Below are positions 31,921-42,429 of a DNA stretch of 64,000 bases, one piece after another. Every line of letters begins with the position of its first letter. Positions within the stretch are counted from its first letter, which is position 1. This DNA comes from an uncultured Spirochaetota bacterium. GTDB lineage: Bacteria > Spirochaetota > Spirochaetia > SZUA-6 > Fen-1364. The stretch lies in the NCBI GenBank assembly GCA_963734545.1, contig CAVTHO010000008.1:480001-544000 (forward strand), read 5' to 3'. The position numbers and the translations under genes were made by a program. A model generated the notes under the pieces. The model worked only from the letters and a program-made list of their open reading frames with translations, ran no database searches and had not been told where the DNA came from.

Positions 31921-31971
31921 TCCGCGGTACGGGAGTACCCGTTCGGCGGGTACGCCGTACCCCGCGGAGTT
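31921..31971. repeat. Intergenic GTAC-rich palindromic (REP-like) element
   Basis: Imperfect hairpin TCCGCGGTACGG-GA-GTACCCG-TTCGG-CGGGTAC-G-CCGTAC-C-CCGCGGA; 31927-31971 is 42/45 identical to the reverse complement of 39474-39518. Confidence 0.85.
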
Positions 31972-31998
31972 GGAAGGCCGGGAGGCCAGCCATACGTG

Positions 31999-32034
31999 TT
32001 AACGAATCTTAATCGCGCCGTAAATAGACGCTAA
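31999..32034 (+). promoter_or_regulatory. Phased nTAA direct repeats, candidate OmpR-family binding site
   Basis: TTAA 31999, TTAA 32009, GTAA 32020, CTAA 32031 in an AT-rich patch upstream of the PDZ gene. Confidence 0.45.
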
Positions 32035-32073
32035 TGATGAGGACGTAGCTTTGTACCCGGAGGTACAAGCAGC

Positions 32074-33204
32074 ATGAGACTTCAATACATTCTCGTCGGT
32101 GTCCTTTCTCTTGCGGTCGGCACGACTCTGGGGTTTGCCCAGCCGAAGGCGGAGAAGGCAGCCGGCACGACCGAGGCGGCGAATCCGAACACCCAGTCGC
32201 CCGTGGACGAGCCGGGTGTCCTCGTCGTGGCAGTCCAGAGCGACAGTCCCGCGCAGAAGGCAGGAATCGTCCGGGGCGACATCATCCTTGCCGTGAACGG
32301 GACCGCCGTGAACACGCCTGCCGAGCTCATAAAGGGCGTCGAGGCGCGCAAGAGCGGTGACACCCTGTCGGTGAAGCTGCGCCACGGCGACGCGGAGAAG
32401 ACCATGAACGTCACGCTTGCCGAGCGGAACGGGCGTGCATGGCTGGGCACGGCGTTGTTCCCGGGCAGCCGAGAGCGGGGGCGCGAGCTCGGTGATGACC
32501 GGGACCTCGGATTTCAGATGCCGTTCTCGGGCGCATACGTGACGAGCGTCGTTACGGGAAGCCCCGCGGAAAAGGCGGGCCTGAAGGAGGGCGACGTGAT
32601 CCTGTCCGTGGACGGCACGAACGTCGATCCCCGGCACAGCCTGTCCGACCTGATCAGCGCAAAGAAGATCGGGGACACGGTCACCCTCTCCGTCGAATCT
32701 TCGGCGCAGGGCCGGGAACAGCCGCCCCGGGACGTGAAAGTCACCCTGGAAAAGAACCCGTCCGGCAGCATGCCTTACGCGGGAATCCAGTATACGGCAG
32801 CTCAGCCCCGGTTCGGGCGCGGGCCGCGCGGAGGCGCCTTTGCAGGGCCGGGCGTGCTTGTTGCGGATGTCGTTGCGGACGGTCCTGCATCCAAGGCAGG
32901 CATCAAGGCCCGTGACGTCATCACGAAAGTACAGGGCGTTGCGGTGACAGACCCGAAGGAGGTCGCCGATGCGGTGGCCGCGCACAAGCCCGGGGACACA
33001 TTGAGCGTGACGGTCCGACACGAAGCGGATGACAAGGAAGCGGATATGAGCGTGACGCTCGGGGCGAACCCGAACGACGCGGCAAAGGCGTACATGGGGA
33101 TCTCGATGAGCGCTTTCATGGGACAGCCAGGGCCGGGCCCGAGGGGATTCGGCGGCATGCCTCGTCGCATGAGCCCTCCTGGCAACACGCCTCCGGGAAT
33201 CTAG
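32074..33204 (+). CDS. Exported protein with three PDZ domains and no protease domain
   Basis: Signal peptide; three GVLV..V..DSPA.KAG...GD.I..V.G-type repeats. Confidence 0.9.
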   Translation: MRLQYILVGVLSLAVGTTLGFAQPKAEKAAGTTEAANPNTQSPVDEPGVLVVAVQSDSPAQKAGIVRGDIILAVNGTAVNTPAELIKGVEARKSGDTLSVKLRHGDAEKTMNVTLAERNGRAWLGTALFPGSRERGRELGDDRDLGFQMPFSGAYVTSVVTGSPAEKAGLKEGDVILSVDGTNVDPRHSLSDLISAKKIGDTVTLSVESSAQGREQPPRDVKVTLEKNPSGSMPYAGIQYTAAQPRFGRGPRGGAFAGPGVLVADVVADGPASKAGIKARDVITKVQGVAVTDPKEVADAVAAHKPGDTLSVTVRHEADDKEADMSVTLGANPNDAAKAYMGISMSAFMGQPGPGPRGFGGMPRRMSPPGNTPPGI

Positions 33205-33208
33205 AATC

Positions 33209-33278
33209 GCGCATGCCAGGCATGCGCTGAGAGCACGGGATACGCGGGTACGCGTTCCGCGCGGACGCGGTACCGTGC
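33209..33278. repeat. Two intergenic palindromes, the second GTAC-containing
   Basis: GCGCATGCC-A-GGCATGCGC, then GCACGG...GGTACGCGTTCCGCGCGGACGCGGTACCGTGC. Confidence 0.55.
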
Positions 33279-33284
33279 AGCAAA

Positions 33285-34898
33285 TTGGGGGGAGAATTGT
33301 TCCAGTCGATCCGGTGGAAGCTTGCGGCCAGCTACGCAGTTCTTGTCCTGCTCTCGGTAACGCTGATGGGCGCGCTGGCGCTGTACATCGTGCAGCGTGA
33401 CGTGGGCAGGCAGGAAGCGGGGTACCTGAAGGCGAACGCGCGCGCTGTTGCCGAGCAGGCCCGGCGCTTCATGGACCCGCACGTCCGCCGGATCGCGCTC
33501 GCGGAGCTGGCCTCCACCTCCGCATTTCTGGGAGACGCGCGCGTCAGGATCATGGGACCCGACCGCGCGCTCCTTGCTGATTCCGGCAGTCCCGGCCTGC
33601 CGGACGAGTTTCTCTGGCTCATCCCCTCGGGCCTTGCGGAGATCGACGCCGGGCGCGAGGGCTCGTTCCCCTTCATTCTCCCCATGCCGCCGCACCCGCA
33701 CGGCGGGCAGATAATGAGCCCGCGCGAGCTGATGCCCCTGCTCCGCGATCTTCCCCTGGGCACGTCGCACGTCTATGCGCGGCGCATGCTCACCCCGTGG
33801 GGAAGGCGGTTCGTGTTCGAGGGCGATCCGATCGTGCCGGAGGGACCGCGCGCTTCGACTGCGCCTCCCCGGCAGGTGGTCGCCACCACTGTGGCCATCG
33901 GGTCCGAGGGCAGTCCCCTGGGTTACGTCGAAATGTCGAGCCCGCTCAGCCTGAGCGGTGTCGCGCTGGGTCCGATGAGGAGCGCCGTGCTCCTCTCCGG
34001 CCTCGGCTCCCTGGCCATCGCCGTCTGTGTCGGCCTGCTCATCGGGAGGACGCTGTCCGATCCGCTGCGCAGCCTTGCGGGCACGGCGCGCAGGATGGCG
34101 GAAGGAGACCTCTCCTCACGGGCAGAAGCCGGGCGGCGGGACGAGATCGGAGAGCTGGCGCGGCAGTTCAACGGGATGGCGGAAAGTCTCGAGGCGAGCT
34201 TCCGGGACCTGCGTTCCGAGCGTGATTCATTGAAGAGATTCGTCGCCGACGCTTCGCACGAGCTGCGCACGCCCATCACGGCCCTCGCGACATTCAACGA
34301 GCTCCTGCAGGGAAGCGCGTCGGAGGATCCGGCCGCGCGACAGGAGTTTCTCAGGGAAAGCCAGACGCAGCTCGAGCGCCTGCAATGGATCACTTCCAAT
34401 CTCCTGGACCTCTCCCGCCTGGACGCGGGGATCGCGGCGCTGACCCTGGGCAATCACGCTGCCCGGGACATCGTCGAATCGGCACTGGCGGGGGCGAGGG
34501 AAAAGGCGCGGGCGAAGAACATCTCCCTTTCCGTCGAAGCGCGCGACACGGCCCTTGTCGTCTCCTGTGACAGGAACAGGGTGGAAATGGCCCTCTCCAA
34601 TCTCGTTGTCAATGCCGTGAAGTTCACACAGCAGAACGGGCACGTGGCGGTCAGCGTGGCCGCGGAAAACGGCTGCGTCCAGTTCGCGGTGCGGGACGAC
34701 GGCCCGGGGATTTCCGCCGAAGAACTGCCGTTGATATTCGGACGGTTCTATCGCGGCAGGAACGCCGCGGGAGAGGGCGCGGGTCTCGGCCTTGCGATCG
34801 TCCAGAGCGTCGCCCGGGCCCACGGGGGATCGGTGGAGGCACAAAGCGTTCCCGGCGCCGGGAGCGTTTTCACTTTGGTGATCCCGCTCGTCGCGTAG
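33285..34898 (+). CDS. Sensor histidine kinase (HAMP, HisKA, HATPase)
   Basis: DASHELRTP, NLVVNAVKF, DDGPG, GAGLGLAIV. Confidence 0.95.
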   Translation: MGGELFQSIRWKLAASYAVLVLLSVTLMGALALYIVQRDVGRQEAGYLKANARAVAEQARRFMDPHVRRIALAELASTSAFLGDARVRIMGPDRALLADSGSPGLPDEFLWLIPSGLAEIDAGREGSFPFILPMPPHPHGGQIMSPRELMPLLRDLPLGTSHVYARRMLTPWGRRFVFEGDPIVPEGPRASTAPPRQVVATTVAIGSEGSPLGYVEMSSPLSLSGVALGPMRSAVLLSGLGSLAIAVCVGLLIGRTLSDPLRSLAGTARRMAEGDLSSRAEAGRRDEIGELARQFNGMAESLEASFRDLRSERDSLKRFVADASHELRTPITALATFNELLQGSASEDPAARQEFLRESQTQLERLQWITSNLLDLSRLDAGIAALTLGNHAARDIVESALAGAREKARAKNISLSVEARDTALVVSCDRNRVEMALSNLVVNAVKFTQQNGHVAVSVAAENGCVQFAVRDDGPGISAEELPLIFGRFYRGRNAAGEGAGLGLAIVQSVARAHGGSVEAQSVPGAGSVFTLVIPLVA

Positions 34899-34962
34899 AC
34901 GCGTGCAATAATCACATCGCTTGACTCGTCGTGTTGAACGAAACCAACCGGGGGAGGTATCC

Positions 34963-35586
34963 ATGAGAAGAACCGTCTTTTTGGTGATAATCTCCGCTGC
35001 GCTCGCCGCGGCCGCGTACGCACAGGAGAAAGCGCCCGATCGCTTCGGATTCGAGCAGGAGCTGAGCGCGGCTCTTCAGGACATGTCGGGGACCCAGGTG
35101 GGGACGCTGACCGTCGGGGACCTCGAGAAGCTTGCGGGACGCGTCTCCATCGTGGTGCAGAAGATTCAATACGTGCAGAAGGTGAAACGCGCGTCGTTCT
35201 TCCTTCCCGGCGCCGGGCAGTTTATGACAGGGGACGCGCTGGGAGGCTCACTCTTCCTTGCAGGGGACCTTGCCATCGTCACCGGCACCCTGATCGGCGC
35301 GTATTTCCTGCTTCCCACGAACGTGCAATTCAGGGATCTGGACTACTTCCACGTGCCCCTGGGATCGATCAGGAGGGCATGGGAGAGCAACAGCTTCACG
35401 GACTACCTGCCCTCCATCGCCGTGCTCGCCGGCGGGATGGTCCTCAAGGCCGTCCTGGGACACTTCTCCGCGGCCAACGCGGAAAGCGAGGCGCGCGCAC
35501 GCATCGCGGAAGGGAAAATCACCTTCACGCCGAACTTCGACGTGTTCGGCCGTGGATTCGGCATGGGCGTGCGGATGGGGTTCTAG
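34963..35586 (+). CDS. Hypothetical exported/membrane protein
   Basis: SD GGAGG, signal peptide, SFFLPGAGQF motif. Confidence 0.7.
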   Translation: MRRTVFLVIISAALAAAAYAQEKAPDRFGFEQELSAALQDMSGTQVGTLTVGDLEKLAGRVSIVVQKIQYVQKVKRASFFLPGAGQFMTGDALGGSLFLAGDLAIVTGTLIGAYFLLPTNVQFRDLDYFHVPLGSIRRAWESNSFTDYLPSIAVLAGGMVLKAVLGHFSAANAESEARARIAEGKITFTPNFDVFGRGFGMGVRMGF

Positions 35587-35627
35587 ACCCGCGCGCGGTA
35601 TGCGCGTGCGCGCCTCAGTGGGTGCTC

Positions 35628-38600
35628 CTACACACGCGCGCGGTAGGTAAGGCGGCGGTAGTCCTCGACGAACCCGAATTCGACGAGCCTCTCCCTGTAG
35701 GGGCTCTTCCCGACCGGCTCGTCGTTGATGGTTTCCACCCGGACCGCGCTCATGGGCCGCCATTCACGTCCAGTCAGTACCTTGACGAAGGAAAGATACT
35801 CCGGGATGCGAGGCGACTCGGGAGGCACTCTGAACTCGAGCTCCCGGCCCTTGCGGCGCGACACGAGAACCACCGCGTCCCCGTGGAACACCACGTGAGT
35901 AGTGGGCAGACGTGACGGCAGCACCGGCTTCAGGGCCTCGATATCCACGCCGCAGAGGCTCGCAGGGTCCGCCGCGTTCACCCACCATACGGGGCCGGCG
36001 GATTCTGCATCGCCGTGCCCGGCGGATTCTGCATCGCCCCATTCCTCGATCAGCGAAGGGGCAGCAAACTGCAGACCCCTGATCCCCTCGAAAAACCTGC
36101 CTGCCACCACCTCTCCGGAGAACTCCATCAGCCGAAGGCTGCGGAACAGCCGTGACCAGCGAAGAAGAGGCAGCTCGTTTTCCAGCACCTCGCGAAACAG
36201 CACGCCGTAGCGCTGGAGGACCTGCCTGATCCTGTCACGTACGATCTCCTCCTCGTCCAGCGCGTCGCGCTCCCCGTTCCCCCGCTGCACGCGAAACCAG
36301 AAGCCCGTGCTCGGCCGTGTGGCCTGCCAGCGGTCGAAGCCGGGCCGTCCACGGCCTGCCGCGCGGCTGCGCGGAATCCGCATCGCAGTACTCTGCGGAT
36401 TTTGCATCGCGGTACCCCGCGGATTCAGCGGAGAACCGCGGCCCGGGTCGCTCGGCGGCACCTCGCCGGCACGAAAACCGCTGTCCACCCCTTTCCGCAA
36501 TTCCTGGAACGAATCGCTAGGAGACCATGCCTTTCCACGCGAGATCCCACAGGCGATCGGTCAGCTCCGCCGAACTCAGCCGCAGCTTGTCCCCGAGGTC
36601 CCAGAAAGAGTACTTGCCCGCACTGGATTCGAAGAGAGCCTCCGCGGGGGTCTCGTCGGGAGCTGCCTCGAGAAAGAGCTCCGCGTCCTCACGGAAACAG
36701 AATGTAAGGCGCTGCCTGCCGCATCCGAGCCAGAGAAGCCCTGCCTCCGCGAGCAGTCCATCCAGCCACCGTGTCCGGTACTCCTGCAACCGGGCGGGGA
36801 AAACCTCCTCCTCCCACGCGCGGGCCGGAAGCGGAAGCCCGAAGAGCTTTTCCCACTTACCCTTCATCTCGTCAGGCCCGCCGGCACGCTCGATCAGCCC
36901 CTGGCGCCTGGCAACGAAGAGAGGCAGGCGCGCGACAGGAAGAGTTTTCACCTCGGGCCGGGCCCTGGCCCGGGAAATCCGCAGGAGGATCTCGAGATTC
37001 TCTCGGTCGCAGAGCAGCAGGGCCTCCGAGCCTGCGGCGAGCCTGTCCAGCACGACCTGCTCTTCTTCCGCGAGCTCCTGGATGAGAGACTCCAGCCTGT
37101 CCTGGGTCAACCCGAACAGGCGTCCCACGAACGAAGGCTCGATCGGGCCGTAGAATCGCAGCCACTCGCTCAACAATTCCGCCAGGGCATCGACGTACTC
37201 GGCGGATTTCGCATCGACGTACCCGGCGGATTCTGCATCGACGTACCCGGCGGATTCTGCATCGACGTACCCGGCGGATTTCGCATCGACGTACCCGGCG
37301 GATTTTGCACCGTCCGCCGCAGCCTGGAGGCTTCGTTCGACCCGGGGGAGCGTCTCCCGGGCCAGGACACAGGAAAGCTCACCGAACGAGCGCGTGACGA
37401 TCTTCGGCCGGAGCTCCTCTTCGAGGGCTTCTGGAGACAACCCGTAGTCGCGCGCACACGCCTGCAGGAGCGCCTGCCACTCCGTCTGGGGAAGAATGAT
37501 CCTCTCCTTGACCCAGTCCAGAAGCTCGCGCGCATCGCGCGGAGCGTATCCCGCTCCGGTGCGCTGCAGCTTGGCCTGAAAGTCCGCCAGAACGCCCGCG
37601 GCAAGCCGCGGACGCAGATCGGGGGAAAGGGCAAGCTCCCTGACGAGCTCGCCGCGCAGACTCGTTCCCCCTGCTCCCGGCGGCGTATCGTCCGCATACA
37701 TCAGGCTGTTCGTCTGTTTCCACAACAGCCCGTGGCAGAACGGAGAAGGCACGGCGGTGGACACCTCGCCGATCGCGATGACGCCGGAAGAGAGCTCTTC
37801 CAGCAGCATGCCCAGGTGGGGAAGGTCGAACTCGTCCCGCAGGCAGGTCCGCCACGCCTCGAGGAGCAGGGGAAAATCGTCGTAGCGCGACACCGCGGAG
37901 AACAGGGACTTTGCTCTCTGACGCGTGAGCCAGAAAGGCATGCGCCTTTTTGCCGAAGGCCGCGGGAGAAGCAGGGCGCGGCCCGCGCTTTCGCGAAACC
38001 GGGCGCCGAAGAAGCCGCTGCCTTCCAGGCTCCTGCGCAGCAGCCTCTCCAGGCTGCCCGCCGGGACGAGGGACAGGATCTCCTGCGCGGAGCGGGCCTC
38101 CGGCAGAAAGAGCAGGATCGCATCGTTGTTCTGGAACATCTCGGGGCGATAGCCGTACTTTTCCTCCCACGCGGCGGAGAGAGCGAGGCCGAAGGGCTTG
38201 TTGACCCTTCCGCCCCACAGGGTGTGCAGCACGACATACGCTGCGCCGACGTGCCCGGCGGATTTCGCCTCCGCCTTGCCGTCGGGATCACGCGTATGCT
38301 CGACGAGCAGGTGATGGCGATGGGGAAGGTCCGCGCCGGTCGCCTCTCTCTGCCGGGCAAGGAACTCGGTCATCGCGCGCGCCGCATCGGGCTCCAGGCC
38401 ATGGGAGGCTTCCTGCGCCGCGGGGAAGTCACGATCCCCGATTTTCCCGTTCCAGTCTTCCAGCGTGCGCGCGATCCGGTCGGAAATATGGAAATCCCTG
38501 TTGCGCTCTTCCGCTTTCCAGAAGGGGGACATGCCGATCCTGGTTGCCACGGGCACGACCTCGACGTTCTGGTGATCGATCTTCTGGATGCGCCAGCCCT

Positions 38601-40317
38601 GCGTGCCGAACACGAAGCTGTCACCCAGGGAGCGCTCCCAGACGAACTCCTCGTCCAGCTCGCCGATGAGCGGTCTTGGAATCCGCGGCGCGCAGGCTGA
38701 AGTAGCCCCTGTCGGGAATGGTGCCGCCGCTGGTGGCCAGGCGGATCCGCGCACCCTCCCTGGCGCGCACGGTGGAATCGATGCGATCGTAGGAAATCAT
38801 CGGCGCGAGATCGCGCAGCCGCGTTTCCTCGTACTTGCCGGCGAGCATGTCCAGCACCAGATCGAATTGCCGGCGGGCGAGCGTGCGGTAGGGAAAGCCG
38901 GCGCGAATGAAGTCGTACAGCTCGTCCACCTTCCAGGTTTCCACCGCGGTCATGGAGACGATCACCTGGGCCAGGACATCCAGCGGGCAGGTCACCGGAG
39001 TGATCGTGTCGATGTCCTGCTCCCGGACGCAGCGCGCCGTGACCGCCGCGTCCACGATGTCCTTGCCGTGCAGGGGAAAGATGACGCCCCTGCTGGGCTG
39101 GCCCACCGTGTGGCCGGCGCGGCCGAGACGCTGGACAGCGGAAGCCACGTTGAAGGGCGTCTGCACGAGAATGACCTGATCGAGGGAGCCCACGTCGATG
39201 CCCAGCTCCAGGGAGCTGGTGGCCACGATGGCTTTCAGCTCGCCGCGCTTCAGCCTCTGCTCAACGACAAGGCGGAGCTCCCGTGAGAGCGAGCCGTGGT
39301 GAGACCAGGCGAGCGTCTGCGGCTGACCCTCGTTGATGAACCGGGCCAGCTTCTCCGCGTGGCGGCGCGAGTTGACGAAAAAGAGGGTGGACCGATTCTC
39401 CGCGATGATCTTCCTGCACTCCCGGGCCAGCGCATCGAACAGGGGCTCTTCGCCCGGCGCGCTGGTCGGCGCCAAATCCGCCGGGTACGGCGTACTCGCC
39501 GAACGGGTACTCCCGTACGTCGGCGCAGAATCCGCCGGGTACGTCGGCGCAACGGCCGGATACGAGATGCGGATGTCATAGTCCTTTGCCATCGGGCAAT
39601 GGACGACCTGTACGCGCCTCTTGCGATAGACCGGCTCCCCCGCCGCGCGCTCCAGTTGGTACCCGCCCACAAGATCAGCCACGACGGACAGCGGTTTTAC
39701 TGTTGCCGACAGGGCGATTCTCTGGAACTCCCCCGCCAGCCTCACCAGCCTGTCCACCGCGGTCACGAGGTGCGTGCCCCGCTTCGTGGCCGCGACGGCG
39801 TGGATCTCGTCGAGGATCACGGCGGCAACCCCGTCCAGCATCAGGCGGCCGTTCGGCGACGAGAGGATCAGGTTGAGGCTCTCCGGGGTGGTGATGAGGA
39901 TCTCGGGGGGATGGCGCAGCATCCTCTGGCGCTCGGTGGACGAGGTGTCGCCGCTCCGGGTGAGAACACGTATCGACGGCAGCGAATGGCCCGCCTGCTG
40001 GAAGACCGTGGAAAGCTCCTGCAGCGGCGAGAGCAGGTTGCGCTGGATGTCGTTGTTCAGCGCCTTCAGGGGCGAGACGTACAGGATCCGGACCTTCCCG
40101 GGAGACAGGGCACCGGTTGCCAGCTGGTTGATGCCCCAGAGGAATGCGGTGAACGTCTTGCCGGTGCCGTGGGGGCCGACACCAGAACATGCGCGCCCCG
40201 CGCGATCTCGGGCCACGCACGCTCCTGTACTTCGGTCGGCCTGCCGACGGACGTGAGAAACCATGACCTGATCAGGGGGTGGAAGAGGGAAAGGGCGCCC
40301 TCGGTCTCGTCGTTCAT
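35628..40317 (-). CDS. lhr: Lhr-family ATP-dependent helicase (long form), three frameshifts near 40168, 38671, 36518
   Basis: FHPLIRSWF, APTGTGKT (reconstructed), SPLKALNND, DEIH, HHGSLS, ATSSLELGIDVG, QRLGRAGH, GTIPDRG, C-terminal GRFFEGIRGLQFA and AADPASL. Confidence 0.92.
35995..36038 (+). repeat. GTAC-family repeat (about 2 units) inside lhr
   Basis: CCGGCGGATTCT-GCATCGCCGTGCCCGGCGGATTCT-GCATCGCC; read as GDAESAGHGDAESAG. Confidence 0.8.
36380..36427 (+). repeat. GTAC-family repeat (2 degenerate units) inside lhr
   Basis: GCATCGCAGTACTCTGCGGATTTT + GCATCGCGGTACCCCGCGGATTCA. Confidence 0.7.
37187..37306 (+). repeat. Tandem array of 5 x 24 bp inside lhr
   Basis: GCATCGACGTACYCGGCGGATTYY x5; read on the lhr strand as repeats of DA(E/K)SAGYV. 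Confidence 0.95.
38243..38266 (+). repeat. GTAC-family repeat, single unit inside lhr
   Basis: GCGCCGACGTGCCCGGCGGATTTC; read as KSAGHVGA. Confidence 0.7.
39474..39550 (-). repeat. GTAC-family composite element, opposite orientation, inside lhr
   Basis: AAATCCGCCGGGTACGGCGTACTCGCCGAACGGGTACTCCCGTAC...AGAATCCGCCGGGTACGTCGGCGC; read as APTYPADSAPTYGSTRSASTPYPAD. Confidence 0.88.
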
Positions 40318-41169
40318 GCCGGCGACAATACCCGGATGACCTTCTTCCAGTCCACTGGCAGCGCGCGAGGAGCAATATTCTCCTGACCCGCCTGCTTCCG
40401 GGCCTTTTCGATGCGGCTGTCGATCGGAGAATGCGGATCGATGTATTTCAAGAGCTCCGGTTCCTTGCGGGCCGATTCCTTGATCCGCGCAAGGGCCGCG
40501 CTGAAAGACGCCGGGGGGATACCCGCCTGTGCGAGGAGATGCACGGAGAAGGCGTCTGCCCGGTCCTCCGCCTCACGGCCGTAATGCACATTTACCATTG
40601 TCTGGATGATCCGCTCCAGCATTGCCCCACCCTGTCCCCTGGTCACGACAGTTGCCAGAGCGGCCATCCCGATCTGCCGGCCAAGGAGCGCGACAGGATC
40701 GCGGTTGACGACGTGCGACAACTCGTGGCCGAGCACGGCAGCCATCTCGTCCGCTGACTTCAATTCCCGGATGAGGCCCGTGTCCACGCAGATGACACGG
40801 CCGGGGAGCGTGAAGGCGTTGATCTCGGGCGATTTCACGACCAGCACGTCGACCGTGATCCGGCGGTCTCCCGACCGTGTCTTCGGGGATTGCGGGCAGC
40901 AATCTGCCCATGATTGCAGAAAACGCACCGGTGACTTCCCCGTCATCCACCACGTACTCCGTGGCACGTATCTGCTCCTTCATGATCGGTCCCAGCGCGT
41001 CATCAAGTGACTGCGAGATATCCAAAGGCGCCCCATGCCGGGGAAACAGCACCCGCTGGGCAGCGAATGCCGCAATGCCCAGAACGAGAACGACCGCGCA
41101 GATCACGCCCAGCTCCCGGGCCAGGCGCCGTGTCCGGCTCAAAAGCCCTCCGGAGGCTTGTTCTCCCAC
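40314..41169 (-). CDS. M48-family metallopeptidase, frameshift near 40875
   Basis: INAFTLPG, AVLGHELSH, YGREAEDRAD, HSPIDSR. Confidence 0.88.
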
Positions 41170-41651
41170 TCCCTCGGCCTGCGGCGCTTCTCGGCATTCG
41201 GCCCGTAGTATCTGCCGAAGCAGAATGGCCCGATCAGCGGGAAGTAGATGAACCGCCCTTTGCGCGCGCGAACGAGCGCCACAATTGACCAGATGATATA
41301 GGCCAGATTGGCCAGGACGGTAAAGAGCAGGTACCAGAAAAACCCGGGGGCAAATCCATCCTTCACGATGAGGTTGCCGACAAGCCAGCCGACCAGCCCT
41401 GCGTTCAGCAGCACGACCGGAATGTGGGTCAGAAGGGCCTGAAGGGAATGGAAGGCAGCGAAAACGGAGTTTTTCCTGTTCACAAAGAAGTAGATCACCG
41501 AGGCAATGAGATTGACGAGCGGTATGGGAAGCCCGATTGCGAGCGAAGCGAACATCATGAGGTACGCGCCCATTGCGTCCTCTTTGTCGCGGTCGGGAAT
41601 CTCGTCAGGCTGCGGCAGCCGCACGCCGGCAGGCGTATCGATCGAGCTCAT
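41139..41651 (-). CDS. DUF4870-like membrane protein
   Basis: Three TM segments; FAAFHSLQAL and KGRFIYFPLIG. Confidence 0.7.
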   Translation of the reverse strand: MSSIDTPAGVRLPQPDEIPDRDKEDAMGAYLMMFASLAIGLPIPLVNLIASVIYFFVNRKNSVFAAFHSLQALLTHIPVVLLNAGLVGWLVGNLIVKDGFAPGFFWYLLFTVLANLAYIIWSIVALVRARKGRFIYFPLIGPFCFGRYYGPNAEKRRRPREWENKPPEGF

Positions 41652-41681
41652 GAGTCACTCTCCATCGGTTGAAAAAGCGAA

Positions 41682-41714
41682 TGCGCCCGGGAACCTTGAC
41701 GGCCCCCGGGCGCA
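41682..41714 (-). terminator. Hairpin after the DUF4389-like gene
   Basis: TGCGCCCGGG...CCCGGGCGCA followed on the minus strand by TTCGCTTTTT. Confidence 0.5.
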
Positions 41715-41728
41715 GGGAGAAGAGCCGG

Positions 41729-42313
41729 CTATTCTTTGCCCGAGAACTTCGGATACTCGTCTGTAAAGTAGCCGAGGTAGAGATTCACGCGGGTCGCCCA
41801 TCGGTACGTGCCGACGTTGAAGGCGTGCCAGCGGGAAGGATACGTCCCGGCAAACAGGATTGCCCACCACGCCAGGAAACCCAGGACGCCGCTTGCGATC
41901 AAGCGGAAGAAGAGGCAGAAGGCATGCGGGATCCCGACGTAGATGAAGCCGAACAGGACCCGAAGAATGACCAGGCCTCGGCTGACCCTTTCCGGCCGGG
42001 GGACATCGAGCTTCACCGTGTCGCTCGTGCCGCTGGGGAAGAAGGCAGGGTAGCCGTCAACGAGGTTGGCCAGGATGGCTTCCACACGGAGAGACCAATT
42101 GGTATACCCGATCTGGAATTTGAATATCGACTCGGGGAACTTTGCGGTAAAGAGCACCACCCAGAACGTGACAAAGGACAGGATCCCGGACCAGATTCCC
42201 ACTATGCTCAGAAGGAAGAAATGCGGGATGCCTATATAGATCATCCCAAAGAACGTGCGCAGAAGCAACTGGCCGCGGGAATACTTTTCCTGATGTGTGA
42301 TCGTAAGCTTCAT
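41729..42313 (-). CDS. DUF4389-like membrane protein (internal duplication)
   Basis: Two copies of SRG...LR....IPH...W..LF...YP...RV..Y....D.YP.F. Confidence 0.8.
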   Translation of the reverse strand: MKLTITHQEKYSRGQLLLRTFFGMIYIGIPHFFLLSIVGIWSGILSFVTFWVVLFTAKFPESIFKFQIGYTNWSLRVEAILANLVDGYPAFFPSGTSDTVKLDVPRPERVSRGLVILRVLFGFIYVGIPHAFCLFFRLIASGVLGFLAWWAILFAGTYPSRWHAFNVGTYRWATRVNLYLGYFTDEYPKFSGKE

Positions 42314-42333
42314 TTTGGCCTCCTGTAGCAGGA

Positions 42334-42362
42334 AATGTACGCCGTGTTCGACGGTATTGCAA
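42334..42362 (-). promoter_or_regulatory. Sigma70-type promoter
   Basis: Minus strand TTGCAA-17 bp-TACATT, followed by SD AGGAGG. Confidence 0.6.
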
Positions 42363-42429
42363 CGCTTTTTTTCATGGCGGAGCCCGGGATCGCCTTGAAT
42401 GGGGGGCTGCCGGCGCGATACCCTGCGCC

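Noticed and set aside
37187-37306. Possible CRISPR array
   Set aside because: The 24-bp units are directly adjacent with no spacers, lie in frame in lhr, and no cas genes are present
36307-38700. 797-aa plus-strand ORF with IDVPGGF repeats
   Set aside because: Antisense to lhr; the peptide repeats are another reading of the DNA repeat
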